Below, piece after piece: positions 38,410 to 49,335 of a DNA stretch of 64,000 bases. Made by a program: the position numbers and the translations under genes. Numbering within the stretch: position 1 is the stretch's first letter; each line of letters opens with the position of its first letter. The stretch spans positions 480,001-544,000 of the forward strand of contig JAXCHI010000003.1 in the NCBI GenBank assembly GCA_033977065.1, read 5' to 3'. The DNA comes from Candidatus Algichlamydia australiensis. Its GTDB lineage: Bacteria; Chlamydiota; Chlamydiia; Chlamydiales; JAJFMI01. The notes below the pieces were generated by a model. The model saw only the letters and a list, made by a program, of their open reading frames with translations. It made no database searches and was not told the DNA's origin.

Positions 38410-38862
38410 TTATAAGGTTCTAAATCCCATTTGACGCCACGCTTCATATATGACAATAGCAACGCTATTGGAAAGATTTAAGGAGCGTGTTCCTTCTACC
38501 ATTGGGATCGTATAAAAGTTTTCACTATAAGTGTCGTGATAGAATTGAGGAAGGCCTTCTGTCTCACTTCCAAAAATCAGAAGATCATTGGGACTGTATT
38601 CAACGTCTGTATAGAGTTTTTTTCCTTTTGTAGAAAAGAAGAGGGGCCGACAGCTCGTTTTTTTTATATGCTCGTTGAGATTATCTGTGTAGCGAACGTC
38701 TACTCCTAGCCAGTAATCAAGGCCGGCGCGCTTTAGCATCCGGTCAGAAGTGGAAAATCCAAGTGGATGAACAAGGGTCAGAGAGTTACCAGTGACTTTA
38801 CAGGTGCGAACGATATTGCCCGCATTGGCGGGCATTTTGGGCTCAAAAAGGATGACTTCCAG
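38410..38862 (-). CDS. trmL: tRNA (cytidine/uridine34-2'-O)-methyltransferase TrmL; start extended to CTG at 38862
   Basis: [44 protein letters not shown]. Confidence 0.92.
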   Translation of the reverse strand: MEVILFEPKMPANAGNIVRTCKVTGNSLTLVHPLGFSTSDRMLKRAGLDYWLGVDVRYTDNLNEHIKKTSCRPLFFSTKGKKLYTDVEYSPNDLLIFGSETEGLPQFYHDTYSENFYTIPMVEGTRSLNLSNSVAIVIYEAWRQMGFRTL

Positions 38863-38867
38863 AGGGT

Positions 38868-39614
38868 TTATCTTAGATCTTTTGAAGATTTTTCGTCTGG
38901 TATTGCAATTTCACTCTCTTTCTCTTGCTCTCCAGTATGGATATTGGAGTAGAGAGACTCCGACTCTTCGACAACAGAGTTCGCTTTTACCACTTCAATC
39001 TCAAACGTAAGAAGAGAGTTGGGAGGGAGGTAGCCAGAGGCGCCGTAGCCCATATCTGGGTGGATGTAGAGAGTGCGCTTTTCGCCCTCTTTCATCCCTA
39101 CAATCCCTTTGCTAAAGCCTCGAATGGTCTCATCAAGAGTGATCATCTCCTCTTCTGTTGATGCACCAAATACGCTGCCATCTAAAAACTTTCCTGTATA
39201 TTTGATAACGGGTGCAAAGTGTGCCTGTACTTCTGCTCCGGTTCCTTCTTTGTCTACATGGTAGTGAAGTCTCTCTTTTTCAATCGCAACAATGCCTTTT
39301 TCTAAAGCGTTTTTTGCCATGAATTCGTTAGCTTTTGCTAAATTTTCATCTGCTTGCTTTTGGAATGCGCTCTCTTGAGCCTGCGAAATGGCAGCAACGC
39401 ACTCTGTTTCACTTAAAGGAGATTCTTTGCCTGCTACAGCATCTTGAATGCCTTGCAAAATCGAGTCCATATCAAAATCAAAACCAAGGGCACCTAAATT
39501 CTGTCCGATCATATGACCGAAAGCTTTAGAGACTTGGTTCATATCTGCTTTCTCATTTTCAGCGTGAAGAGAAAGAGAAAGAAGAAGGGCAAAGAGAATA
39601 AATGTTTTTTTCAT
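38868..39614 (-). CDS. mip: FKBP-type peptidyl-prolyl isomerase Mip
   Basis: Signal peptide, [28 protein letters not shown]...[12 protein letters not shown]. Confidence 0.93.
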   Translation of the reverse strand: MKKTFILFALLLSLSLHAENEKADMNQVSKAFGHMIGQNLGALGFDFDMDSILQGIQDAVAGKESPLSETECVAAISQAQESAFQKQADENLAKANEFMAKNALEKGIVAIEKERLHYHVDKEGTGAEVQAHFAPVIKYTGKFLDGSVFGASTEEEMITLDETIRGFSKGIVGMKEGEKRTLYIHPDMGYGASGYLPPNSLLTFEIEVVKANSVVEESESLYSNIHTGEQEKESEIAIPDEKSSKDLR

Positions 39615-39637
39615 ATTTCTACCAATTAGTTTTATAA

Positions 39638-39798
39638 AGAAGCCCTGAACAACTCATCCACCGATCCCGTGGCTCAAAAGTTCCAGAAAAAAATTTTTTC
39701 AATTTCCAATAACTGTATCCAGTTATTTAGGGTCTACAGACAACCTTTTTTAGAATTTTCGGCTCGACCTATCGGCACAGCAGTGGTTCAGTGTTTCC
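39638..39798. repeat. Degenerate palindromic MITE-like element between aspS and mip
   Basis: Imperfect termini AGAAGCCCTGAAC / GTTCAGTGTTTCC, internal CCGAT/ATCGG, central AATAACTG-TATC-CAGTTATT. Confidence 0.6.
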
Positions 39799-39805
39799 TA
39801 AGTAA

Positions 39806-41596
39806 TTATACATAAGGAATTTCTTTTGGTTCAAGTTCATTGAGATGAAGGTCTCTCCACTGCTCACTGCGCACAGGAGCAGGGCTCTGCATCATAATGT
39901 CGAGAGCTTTTAATGTTTTTGGGAAAGCGATCACATCACGAATATTATCAGTCCCACAAAGAATCATCGTAAGGCGGTCAAGACCAAGAGCAATACCCGC
40001 ATGAGGGGGAGTGCCGTAACTGAGACTTTCAACAAAAAAGCCAAATTTTTCTTCAATTTCTTCAGGAGAAAGTTTGAGTAAAGAGAAAAGTTTTTTCTGT
40101 AATTTTGCATCGTGAATCCGCTGCGATCCTCCACCCAGCTCATAGCCGTTGAGGACAACATCATAAGCAAGAGAGCGCACTTTTAGCGGATCACTATCAA
40201 GGAGAGAGGTATCGTCAGGGTGAGGTGAGGTGAAGGGGTGATGCTCAGCAACAATGCGATTCTCATCCTCATCCCAAGAGAAGAGAGGGAAGTCTGTGAC
40301 CCAAACAAATTCCAATTTTTCATTATCAATGAGGTTGCGCTCCTTTGCCAAGTGGCGACGGAGATGATCAAGCGATTGGTTGACTACGTTTTCAGCTGCG
40401 CAAGCAAAAAGTAGTAAGTCGCCACTTTCAGCATGCATTCTTTTTTCGAAAGCAGCGAGTTCTTCGGTGGAGAAAAATTTTGCGATACCTCCGGTGAGAG
40501 AGCCTTCAGAGTGTTTCATCCAAGCAAGTCCTTTTAGTCCGAAAGGCGCAACAAAAGATCCTAGTTTTTCAACCTCTTTTCGGGATAGGCTTGCCCCTCC
40601 TTTAACACAAAGTGCTTTGACAATATTTCCAGAAGCGATCCCTTCCTTGAAAATGGTAAAGTTGCATTTTTCGGCAATGTCATCAAGACGAATTAACTCC
40701 ATCCCGTAGCGCAAATCAGGGCGGTCAGAACCGTAGCGTTCCATTGCCTCCAAATGTGTCATTCGCTTAAACGGGTGAGGGATCTCTTGACCCATCACTT
40801 TTTCAAAAATGGCTGCCAACATCTCTTCTGTCATTTGTTGAATGTCTGCAGGTGTGACAAAACTCATCTCTAAGTCGATTTGATGAAACTCAGGCTGACG
40901 GTCTGCGCGCAAATCTTCATCGCGAAAGCAGGGAGCGATCTGAAAGTAGCGATCCATACCGCCGATCATCAAAAGTTGTTTAAAAATTTGCGGTGATTGC
41001 GGTAGAGCGAAAAAGTTTCCGGGAAAGAGGCGGGAAGGGACGAGATAGTCGCGCGCTCCTTCAGGAGTTGAGCGACCTAAAATTGGTGTAGTGATTTCAA
41101 AAAAGCCTTTTTGATCTAGAAAGTTGCGGGTAGCAAGCATAGCCAAATGACGCTTCTCTAAATTCTCTCCAATTTCACCGCGACGCATGTCGAGGTAGCG
41201 AAAGCGCAGACGCGTCTCCTCATGTGTTTGCGTGCCATCATCGGCAACAGCAATCGGAGGAGTGTTCGCCTCTGACAAGATAGTGAATTCTTCGACGTCG
41301 ATTTCAATATCGCCCGTTGCCATCTGCGCATTTTGCATCCCCTCTTTTCGAAGAGAGACTCTTCCTGTGACGGCGATGACCCACTCCATTCGTAGCTTTC
41401 CGGCAGCGGCATGCGCACCAGGTGAGCGTTCTGGATCGATAACGAGCTGCGTGATGCCATAGCGATCGCGCAAATCGATAAAAATCAAGTTTCCATGGTC
41501 GCGACGCTTGTGGACCCATCCGCACAAAGTTACTTTCTGCTTCTGTTCACTGCTGCGCAGCTCTCCACACGTATGAGATCTTCTATACTGGCTCAC
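39806..41596 (-). CDS. aspS: Aspartate--tRNA ligase
   Basis: FIDLRDRYG, TPEGARDY, LPQSPQIFKQ, CFRDEDLRADRQPEF, PPHAGIALGLDR. Confidence 0.98.
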   Translation of the reverse strand: MSQYRRSHTCGELRSSEQKQKVTLCGWVHKRRDHGNLIFIDLRDRYGITQLVIDPERSPGAHAAAGKLRMEWVIAVTGRVSLRKEGMQNAQMATGDIEIDVEEFTILSEANTPPIAVADDGTQTHEETRLRFRYLDMRRGEIGENLEKRHLAMLATRNFLDQKGFFEITTPILGRSTPEGARDYLVPSRLFPGNFFALPQSPQIFKQLLMIGGMDRYFQIAPCFRDEDLRADRQPEFHQIDLEMSFVTPADIQQMTEEMLAAIFEKVMGQEIPHPFKRMTHLEAMERYGSDRPDLRYGMELIRLDDIAEKCNFTIFKEGIASGNIVKALCVKGGASLSRKEVEKLGSFVAPFGLKGLAWMKHSEGSLTGGIAKFFSTEELAAFEKRMHAESGDLLLFACAAENVVNQSLDHLRRHLAKERNLIDNEKLEFVWVTDFPLFSWDEDENRIVAEHHPFTSPHPDDTSLLDSDPLKVRSLAYDVVLNGYELGGGSQRIHDAKLQKKLFSLLKLSPEEIEEKFGFFVESLSYGTPPHAGIALGLDRLTMILCGTDNIRDVIAFPKTLKALDIMMQSPAPVRSEQWRDLHLNELEPKEIPYV

Positions 41597-42870
41597 AATT
41601 TTTCCTTTATCGTTTTCATCACATCATCAATGGCAACTTCTTGCGCTGCGCGAGATTGTAAATCTTTTACTTGAACAACGTTTTTCTGTAGCTCTTCTTC
41701 ACCCATAATCAAAGCGAAATGGGCTCCACGATCGCTCGCCTCTCCAACAGCTTTGCCGACTTTTTTTGAAACAGGGCTCATCTCTGCAGCAATTCCTGCG
41801 CGTCGCAAAGCAAACAGAAGAGGAAATAGCTTCTCCTGTGCTTGGTTTGTCATGGGAATCAAAAAGCAGGTAGAGTGGGGGGGCTTCGGAAAGCTTAATC
41901 CCTGTCCATCCATCGTGTGCAAAATGCGCTCAATGCCGGTAGCAAAGCCCATTCCAGGAAGGTCTTTTCCTCCCAGCTCATGCATCAAGCCGTCGTAGCG
42001 TCCACCTGCGCCAATGCTATTTTGCGCTCCCAAAACATTCGAGGTCACTTCAAAAACTGTCTGTGTGTAGTAGTCAAGACCGCGCACCAAGCTGGGAGTG
42101 ACTTCATAAGAAATTCCCAACCGATCCAGCCATCCCAAAACCTTTTCAAAATGCGCCTTACTCTCTTCACTTAAAAAATCCAAAATTGAGGGCGCGCTTT
42201 TTAAAAGCTGCTGTTCTCTCTCATTTTTTGTATCCAAAATACGCAAAGGGTTTTGTTCAAAACGTGCCTGGCTCTCTTCTGAAAGCTCAGCAAAATGTGG
42301 CTGCAAAAATTCTTTTAATGCTTTTACATAAGATTCTCGACACGCCTTATCACCAATTGAGTTGATCAACAACTTTAACTCTTTGATCCCAAGGCGGCGA
42401 TAGATCTCCATGATGAGATCAATTACCTCAACGTCCTGCTCGGGGCTCGCATTGCCAACAGCTTCTACACCATACTGATGAAACTGGCGAAAGCGGCCCG
42501 CTTGTGGGCGATCGTAGCGAAAGTAGGGGCCAATATAAAAATATTTTCTATTTCCCGACATTTGATTTTCAACAAGCGCGCGAATAACAGGTGCAGTACC
42601 TTCAGGGCGCAAACTCATCAAACGCTTCGCTTTATCTTCAAACGTATACATCTCTTTTGAAACAAGATCAGAAGCTTCACCAGCGCTACGCGTAAACAAT
42701 TCAGTCCGTTCAAAAATTGGTGTGCGAATTTCTTGAAATCCATAATCCAAAGAAGTTTTTCGCAACACTTCTTCTAGATAAGCATAGCGATGAATGAGCC
42801 GCCATTTCCTATCGGGTTTTACCGCTTCTGGCAGAATATCAAAAGTTCCTTTGGGAGTGGAGTATTTCAT
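41593..42870 (-). CDS. hisS: Histidine--tRNA ligase (start set at ATG 42870)
   Basis: PKGTFD, LRPEGTA, RPQAGRFRQFHQ, RGLDYY, GGRYD. Confidence 0.98.
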   Translation of the reverse strand: MKYSTPKGTFDILPEAVKPDRKWRLIHRYAYLEEVLRKTSLDYGFQEIRTPIFERTELFTRSAGEASDLVSKEMYTFEDKAKRLMSLRPEGTAPVIRALVENQMSGNRKYFYIGPYFRYDRPQAGRFRQFHQYGVEAVGNASPEQDVEVIDLIMEIYRRLGIKELKLLINSIGDKACRESYVKALKEFLQPHFAELSEESQARFEQNPLRILDTKNEREQQLLKSAPSILDFLSEESKAHFEKVLGWLDRLGISYEVTPSLVRGLDYYTQTVFEVTSNVLGAQNSIGAGGRYDGLMHELGGKDLPGMGFATGIERILHTMDGQGLSFPKPPHSTCFLIPMTNQAQEKLFPLLFALRRAGIAAEMSPVSKKVGKAVGEASDRGAHFALIMGEEELQKNVVQVKDLQSRAAQEVAIDDVMKTIKEKL

Positions 42871-42876
42871 ATGACT

Positions 42877-42906
42877 ATTATACTCCGTGAAAGTAAATGT
42901 TTGCAA
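42877..42906 (-). promoter_or_regulatory. hisS promoter
   Basis: TTGCAA-N18-TATAAT, 6 nt before the ATG. Confidence 0.55.
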
Positions 42907-43013
42907 TTTCAAGCGAAATGAATGCCTACGTTAACAATTTTTTTGCTTAAGTTCGCTTTGGAATGCTAGCTCTTGTAGAGGTGTTTTTTGATAATTTGTA
43001 AATGTTTTTGATG

Positions 43014-43175
43014 CTAGTACTCTGTAACAAAAAATTTTGCTATTCTTTTTAACGTGAAAGCTCTCACGATTGGGCTATCGAAAATCACCTCGTAAATACC
43101 AGGAAGGGTTGCGATAACCCAATCGCGAAAGCGTTCACGCTAAAAAAATAGCAAAATTTTATGTTGAAGAGTTAG
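43014..43175. repeat. Long imperfect palindrome at the left edge of the island
   Basis: AAAATTTTGCTATT...CGTGAA...CGATTGGGCTATCG pairs with CGATAACCCAATCG...TTCACG...AATAGCAAAATTTT. Confidence 0.8.
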
Positions 43176-43573
43176 TTGGTAGGTATTCAGAAACTTCTCC
43201 ATTTTTCAATGGAATTAGAAATCCAAAAATTTAAAAAAAAGCATTTTAAAAACTTAATTTAAAAGGGACACTACAAAGTGTTCAGGAACGAAAAGATATC
43301 GGCCTAAACATAATGAGAATTGCGACATCGTTCGATATTTCTCTCAGATTGAAAATTTTTTTATATTTTTCTTAAATACTTTCTAATAACAGGAAGTAAA
43401 AGAAAAAGCGGAGTTATTCGACAGTGCTGGTCAGCTTAAAAATGGAAGTTGAAAGGGGAGCTATCCCAGGGAATATTTGTGGTGATTTAGAAGAACGCTA
43501 ACTTGATACTTGAATTAAATTTAAAGAGACTGTTAAGTTATGGTCAATTTGATTTACGGCCCTATAAAAATTT

Positions 43574-45667
43574 GTGGAGGATTGCGTAAGTAGTATGACA
43601 AATCTATTAGTTTTAGGTAGCCAATCCCAGAATGGTCGAACCATATCCAGACAAGATGCTGAATTGAGATTGCGCGAATTAGTTCCAGGAACAAAAGAGC
43701 ATAGCTTATTAGAGCATGCCCTTAAGATCAAAGCGAGCGGTATTGTGGAAATTAATTTACCAGCAAGCTCTTATAAAGTTGAAACTTTTCGACGGCAAGA
43801 ATTGCTAAGAGGGGGCTTTGGTGCAGCGGAGCATATCGCGATTGGAGAAAATATTAATCTACCCGGGTTGGGTGAAAACACTCCCTTAATAACAGTTGGA
43901 ACTGTGCCTATTTTTTTTCGTCACATCGTTGCGCTAGCTGGGGATTTCTATGGCGAATTGGATAGAGTAGTAAATGGAAGACAGGTGTATGGAGCAATAT
44001 CACTTCCTGGGGGGACAAACGAGCAGAAAACAGAAAGGTTTAATGCGGCTTTTAATACACTTGCTCATGCGGATAGGAGTCAAGTTCAGAATGTAATTGC
44101 AGAGATAGAAAACGAGTATCATGCTGTGAGAAATTCAGGACTGCCCCACCACTGCTACAGCGCAGATTTGATCGAAAGAGGTAGGGTAATTGAAAAATTC
44201 AAGCCCGATATTGGTCAATTGCTTGTCGACAATAGTGATCATTTTTTTGTAAATGCAAAAGAAGTTTACTTCATTGGTCATAACGAGGCGATACGCATTG
44301 CACAAGAAGCTGGCAGAGAAAATGACTTAGAAAAATTGAAGGATGCTTACGCGCATGATGCTTATGCCTGTCACTTTCTGGAAGACCTATTTGCAGCTGG
44401 GCATATTCGTAACCAACGAGGCGCTTTGGAGTTGTTTTTTATAAATACTCTAAATTGTTCTAAGAGCATTGCGAAAGCCTTTGCTGGGTTATTAACAGCA
44501 GCGCAGCATGAAAGAGATGGAAATGAGGGTCTAAATGTTTCAAGTGAAGAGAACGGCTGTTGGAGAGTGTATGGAGATGGCTGCTTTTTTAGCCCTAAAA
44601 ACTCTGGAAATAAAGCGAAAGTAGTCCAGGCAACCCAGCGATCTATTGACGAGGTTTACCAAGCTTATCGCAATCCAAATTTGCCATTTGTGAGTCAAAT
44701 GCAAAGTTTTATACCTACAGCTACTAGCTGTAATCCGAAACCTCTCTACAATGTTTCAAACAATAGCTTGGTCTTAAATAATAGTGGCAGAGAGATAGAA
44801 ATCGATAGTATTCCAAATTATTTATTACACGGAATTCCATTAGCACTAAAGTACTTACCTAAAACTTATATTGATGGTTACTTTGTGAAATTAATCGCCT
44901 CTGTCTGCCCAGAAATGTCAGATGTTTTGTTAAATACTTTAGAGGTGGTAGGACAAATCATTTTCCCCCCCATTGAACGAATTACAAGCTCAATTTGGCA
45001 TACGGTAGGAATTGCTACTTATTCTCAGGTTAGAGAGCAAAGTGAAAGAACAAGAGAAACAGTTGATGAACTGGCTGATATTGCGAGTTCTACGCATAGA
45101 AATACAGAAAAAATTTTGAAGGAAGTAGAGAATATACAGGCACAGTTGGAAGATCTTAGACATGAAAACAGGTTTAGTCCCATTACACAAGCAGTTGCTG
45201 CTATACGGGATGCTGCATATCAAAATAGAGAGTATGGCGCGAATGCGCCAAGAAGGTATGAAAATGAAGCAGCTAGTAGAGCTTGGGAGGCCCATATCTC
45301 TCTAGGGAGGATTTTTTCTGGGCGAAGTATCATAGAATCGTATCGGTCATTTCTTAGTCAAAGAGGAAACTTGACAGATAAAGAGAAAACTCTCCGTGCA
45401 ACTCTCTGGTTTCGGAAGATGTTAGATTTTCAAGTAGAGGCTTTTGGTCTCGCTTTTTTAATGGGGGGAGTTGAAGAGGATTTTGCTCATCCTCATCTAA
45501 TGATAGATAACTTTCAACGGTTAATTGCAAGACAAGTTGAAGAAAATGCTGGATTAATAGATAAAAAATTAATTTTTGAATCTGAATCTTATATACAGCA
45601 GCAGATAGACATATTGCAATTAGAGAGTGTTTTTAAGATTCAGGCTAGAAACTTAATAAGGGGGTGA
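43574..45667 (+). CDS. Zinc metallophospholipase C (Legionella PlcA/B/C, Pseudomonas PlcC-like) with C-terminal helical extension
   Basis: FGAAEHIAIGE, ALAGDFYG, NSDHF, AYACHFLEDLFAAGHIR, HERDGNEGLNV, W.VYGDG; start may be ATG 43595. Confidence 0.75.
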   Translation: MEDCVSSMTNLLVLGSQSQNGRTISRQDAELRLRELVPGTKEHSLLEHALKIKASGIVEINLPASSYKVETFRRQELLRGGFGAAEHIAIGENINLPGLGENTPLITVGTVPIFFRHIVALAGDFYGELDRVVNGRQVYGAISLPGGTNEQKTERFNAAFNTLAHADRSQVQNVIAEIENEYHAVRNSGLPHHCYSADLIERGRVIEKFKPDIGQLLVDNSDHFFVNAKEVYFIGHNEAIRIAQEAGRENDLEKLKDAYAHDAYACHFLEDLFAAGHIRNQRGALELFFINTLNCSKSIAKAFAGLLTAAQHERDGNEGLNVSSEENGCWRVYGDGCFFSPKNSGNKAKVVQATQRSIDEVYQAYRNPNLPFVSQMQSFIPTATSCNPKPLYNVSNNSLVLNNSGREIEIDSIPNYLLHGIPLALKYLPKTYIDGYFVKLIASVCPEMSDVLLNTLEVVGQIIFPPIERITSSIWHTVGIATYSQVREQSERTRETVDELADIASSTHRNTEKILKEVENIQAQLEDLRHENRFSPITQAVAAIRDAAYQNREYGANAPRRYENEAASRAWEAHISLGRIFSGRSIIESYRSFLSQRGNLTDKEKTLRATLWFRKMLDFQVEAFGLAFLMGGVEEDFAHPHLMIDNFQRLIARQVEENAGLIDKKLIFESESYIQQQIDILQLESVFKIQARNLIRG

Positions 45668-48600
45668 TCATTAATATGTTAAATCCAATAAATAGCTTGT
45701 GGTGTGTAAGAGAGTATTGTAGCAAAGGATCTATCGAGCAATCTTTGCCAGTTAATATAGAAGATGGGGTTAATCTAATTAGAAGGCTTCTTGATAAAGA
45801 TGTGATTTGTAGACATGATCTGAAAAAAGTAAATCAAACATATGAAAAAATTGATGATTTAGAAAAAAGAGCACACCAAATTTCACGTAATGGAAGCTAT
45901 GAGGTAGTGGAGTTAGTGGCGAATAGAGTTATTTTGCTTTTAAATCAGCAGAGAATTGGTGCTAAGGAGCTAATATCTTTATATCAACTTCAGCAGTTTT
46001 CACAATTAAAGGAAACTATTAGCACATGTTTTGGACATAAGCGGCGCGAATTTTTTGATAACTCTTCCACAATTGAAGAACTAGCTCGTCACATGCCTTG
46101 TTGTATTTCGACCAGTAATTTTGAAGAAGAGATAGTATCTTTATTTGGTTCTCATACTAGAAATGAAAAAACTAATGGAATTTTGGATGAGAAAAGAAGA
46201 GATATTCAGGCTCATGAGGATAGACTAAGGCAAATCGAAGAAAGGAAGTCTGAGTTAGCTAGGATGAGAAGAGCAAATCCAGGACAGTATCCGCCCTATT
46301 TTGATGAGCTTCTTGAATATGGGTACTTATCACTGTATGACCATTTACTAAGGATGAGAGTTTTTTCTTCAGGTTCTGAGCGCGAAGCAGCGATTAGAAG
46401 AAGTGCATTTTCTAGTATCTCCCTTATAATAGCAGAGACTAGGGAAGCAATTATACGAAAGGTTGAAAACTCCATTCCTGCAAATGCGCGTGATATCGTA
46501 TTTCTTTTAGGTGGTGCGAGATCGGGCAAATCGACTACGTTCTGTTTTCTTCGAGGTGACAGAATGCAAAAAATTGGGGATTCCTTCTATGAATCGATCA
46601 ATGATAATGGGGCAATCATAGGCAACAGAGAAAATATGTCTTCTACATTTTTGCCAAATATTCAAGTCTCTGGCGACGTTGTAATTGTAGACTTTCCTGG
46701 TTTCAGTGACTTTGGTGGGCAGCCTACTGAGATAGGCATTGAATTTGCTCTAAAAGCACTTATTGCAAGGTATAATCCAAAAATCTTAATTTTGGAGCCG
46801 ATTACCAATATAAACGATGGGTATGCTTCGATGCAAAGACTTAATATGCGCATTTCCCGGATCCTAAGCGATACAAGTAGCTGTATGTTGGGGGTTACAA
46901 AGTACTCTAGAAACCCTGCTGTGATAAGAATCCAACAACTAGAGTCAGCGAGCCCAAGCCCTGATGAAATTGCAATTGAAAGCGGGATTAGAGCTCTGTC
47001 TGAACTTCATTTACCTAATCTAGAAAGAAGTATTGAAGAGCAGCAAAGAGAATTGCACAGAAGACTTTTGGAGCTACAGCAAAGAAGACAAAACCAGCAA
47101 AGAAGGGAGTTGAGAGAGTGCCAGGAAGCAATAAGAACAATTGAAGATAATTTGCTTAGAGAAAGTGGCCTTGGAACAATAGTTAGATTAAAAAACTTAG
47201 AAGATCGAGATTATTTAGACGAATGTTTAAGTGTTATTCGCAATCATCCTCAATCTGGTAGGGTAAATACCATCCACACGCTTTCTTCAGAAAATAGAGA
47301 ATTTTTAAGGGAAATGATAAATGCTGACTTGCTAGAAAAAGCGAGGGCTGAAAATGGCTACTGTGATCAGTTTGAAAGTGTTTCCGAATTTGAGCAGAGT
47401 GTTAGAAGACATAGCTTAGTAAAAACTATTTTTTCTTACTCTAAACCTGAAATCGGAAAGTTTTTTCACCTGCCTGAAATGGAAACTAGCCTTGTAACTT
47501 ATGTTGATAAACTTATTGTAAGCGAGTGCATAGATAGTTACGTTAGATACATAGTCAACAAGATTGATTTTAGGCAGACAAGATATGTGCTGGATAGATT
47601 AAGAGAAAGACTTGGTGAAGAAGGAACCCAAAACGCTGAATCTGAGCTCAACGCAATACAGGATTATATATGTCGTTTAGAGAACATCGAGCCCAGAGAT
47701 ATAGATGATCTAGGGGCGAAGTGGGAGCAAATCCAGAGACAGAATCTTGAAGCCATAAATCGTTTTTCAAGAAACCTTGAGACAGAGCTTGGATGGACAG
47801 GGCTAGGCAAATTTTTTGCTTGCCTGCCTTTTGGGATTCCTTTTGGTCTTGATAGATACATTCCTGATCAGCAGATAAGGCAGAGTATCGAAGCCTATTC
47901 TGCTTCAAGGGTATTGGAAAACCTTGAGAGCGAATATAAGTCTTTATTTCAAACACGGAATTCTTTGATGAAGCTAAGAAATATAAGAAATTTTATCAGT
48001 GCACACGGTGAGATAAGTAACACTCTTCAGGCAAACCCCTTAGATTTGTCTTCAGTGGAAAATTTCGTCAGTTCTGTGAACAGAAGAGTCAATGAAGCCC
48101 GTAATCTCTGTGGCAGAGACGAATGGGATACAAGCATGTCCTTTTTAGCTAATAGACTGGAGAGTTTTTTTAGAGAAGTTCAAAACACGCATATCCCATT
48201 TTTTGGAGGGGCAGCTGCCATTAGCTTGCTTTTATATATTCAAGAGGGTTTAGCCTATGACTTCATTCAAATTGAGGGAGAAAATTCGACTTTCCAGCAG
48301 TTGCTAGAATTGTATGAAACAAGAAGTAGCGGAGAGCTGCTTTTTGTTAGAAATAATGGAAGACTTTTTTCAATGGGTAGGTGTGCGGAGCTAAAAAATG
48401 AAATAAATGCAGGTACTTTTCCGAATGCGCCAAGAAATTGGCAATCCGTTTTGAAGGTTCTAAAGTGGGATCGTTTCGTAAGACACGACAGAGTAACAGC
48501 TGCTTTTGCTGGATTTGTACATGTTAGAGAAGCAGCTCAGAGTTCATATTCTGATTTTAGAGCAGCTAATGTAGACGCAATTAGTAAAGCTTGTGATGCT

Positions 48601-49335
48601 AACAGGGCAAATAGTGATGATACCGTTGCGCGCGTGCGCGACGAAGCCGAAAATGTTTATCTAGCTAAATCTGAAATTATTAATAGGTGTCTAAATATGC
48701 TTGATCAAGCAAGCCCCGCTGGAAATACAAGAGATCCGATAGACTACGCCCGGTATAACACTATTTATTTTAATTGTAGTGAAATTGCTTTAGCTTACGC
48801 GAGATATGCTAATGCTGTATCTGCTAATAACCCCTCTTTAAACACAAGTAATTTGGCATATAAAGCTTTCAGTGCCTATACAAAGGCAGCAAATATTGCA
48901 GCCATAGCTGCAGCTAGTGCTGGGTACTCTTTCGATCGAATTGGAGAAGATAGCAGGCGTCTTGTGTCTGGAGTTGTTGATTTGGGAATAAACCCAATAG
49001 ACTGGGTACGTAAAACCTTGGGTGGCCGATGGTTTGGGAGTGATTTTGAAATATCCAGTCAGCTTCAAGAAGCTGGTTTGGATAATACGTTAGCAAATGA
49101 GTTGTTAAGAACAGGTAGGGTTTTTATTGCAAATACAACAGCAATAAATCAAGTAGAAGATGTTGGTTTATACAGATCAGTAGATCAGCTAAGTATTTGT
49201 GATCTTTGGAAGTGTTTTTCCGAGGCATTAAGTGATTTAGACATCGATTTCCGTTTACCCTTATCAAAAGTGTTGTTGGAGGCTGTTATTCTTAGAGAGT
49301 GTCCATTAAAAATAACAAATGAGGAGGTAGTATGA
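45664..49335 (+). CDS. Large helical protein with a TRAFAC-type GTPase domain, paralog 1
   Basis: GGARSGKST (46510-46536), SSTFLP, VDFPGFSD, GVTKY; coiled coil after G4; start may be ATG 45676. Confidence 0.7.
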   Translation: MIINMLNPINSLWCVREYCSKGSIEQSLPVNIEDGVNLIRRLLDKDVICRHDLKKVNQTYEKIDDLEKRAHQISRNGSYEVVELVANRVILLLNQQRIGAKELISLYQLQQFSQLKETISTCFGHKRREFFDNSSTIEELARHMPCCISTSNFEEEIVSLFGSHTRNEKTNGILDEKRRDIQAHEDRLRQIEERKSELARMRRANPGQYPPYFDELLEYGYLSLYDHLLRMRVFSSGSEREAAIRRSAFSSISLIIAETREAIIRKVENSIPANARDIVFLLGGARSGKSTTFCFLRGDRMQKIGDSFYESINDNGAIIGNRENMSSTFLPNIQVSGDVVIVDFPGFSDFGGQPTEIGIEFALKALIARYNPKILILEPITNINDGYASMQRLNMRISRILSDTSSCMLGVTKYSRNPAVIRIQQLESASPSPDEIAIESGIRALSELHLPNLERSIEEQQRELHRRLLELQQRRQNQQRRELRECQEAIRTIEDNLLRESGLGTIVRLKNLEDRDYLDECLSVIRNHPQSGRVNTIHTLSSENREFLREMINADLLEKARAENGYCDQFESVSEFEQSVRRHSLVKTIFSYSKPEIGKFFHLPEMETSLVTYVDKLIVSECIDSYVRYIVNKIDFRQTRYVLDRLRERLGEEGTQNAESELNAIQDYICRLENIEPRDIDDLGAKWEQIQRQNLEAINRFSRNLETELGWTGLGKFFACLPFGIPFGLDRYIPDQQIRQSIEAYSASRVLENLESEYKSLFQTRNSLMKLRNIRNFISAHGEISNTLQANPLDLSSVENFVSSVNRRVNEARNLCGRDEWDTSMSFLANRLESFFREVQNTHIPFFGGAAAISLLLYIQEGLAYDFIQIEGENSTFQQLLELYETRSSGELLFVRNNGRLFSMGRCAELKNEINAGTFPNAPRNWQSVLKVLKWDRFVRHDRVTAAFAGFVHVREAAQSSYSDFRAANVDAISKACDANRANSDDTVARVRDEAENVYLAKSEIINRCLNMLDQASPAGNTRDPIDYARYNTIYFNCSEIALAYARYANAVSANNPSLNTSNLAYKAFSAYTKAANIAAIAAASAGYSFDRIGEDSRRLVSGVVDLGINPIDWVRKTLGGRWFGSDFEISSQLQEAGLDNTLANELLRTGRVFIANTTAINQVEDVGLYRSVDQLSICDLWKCFSEALSDLDIDFRLPLSKVLLEAVILRECPLKITNEEVV

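Noticed and set aside
43180..43570. Small ORFs upstream of the PLC gene as leader or antitoxin
   Set aside because: Very short, AT-rich and without motifs; cannot be supported
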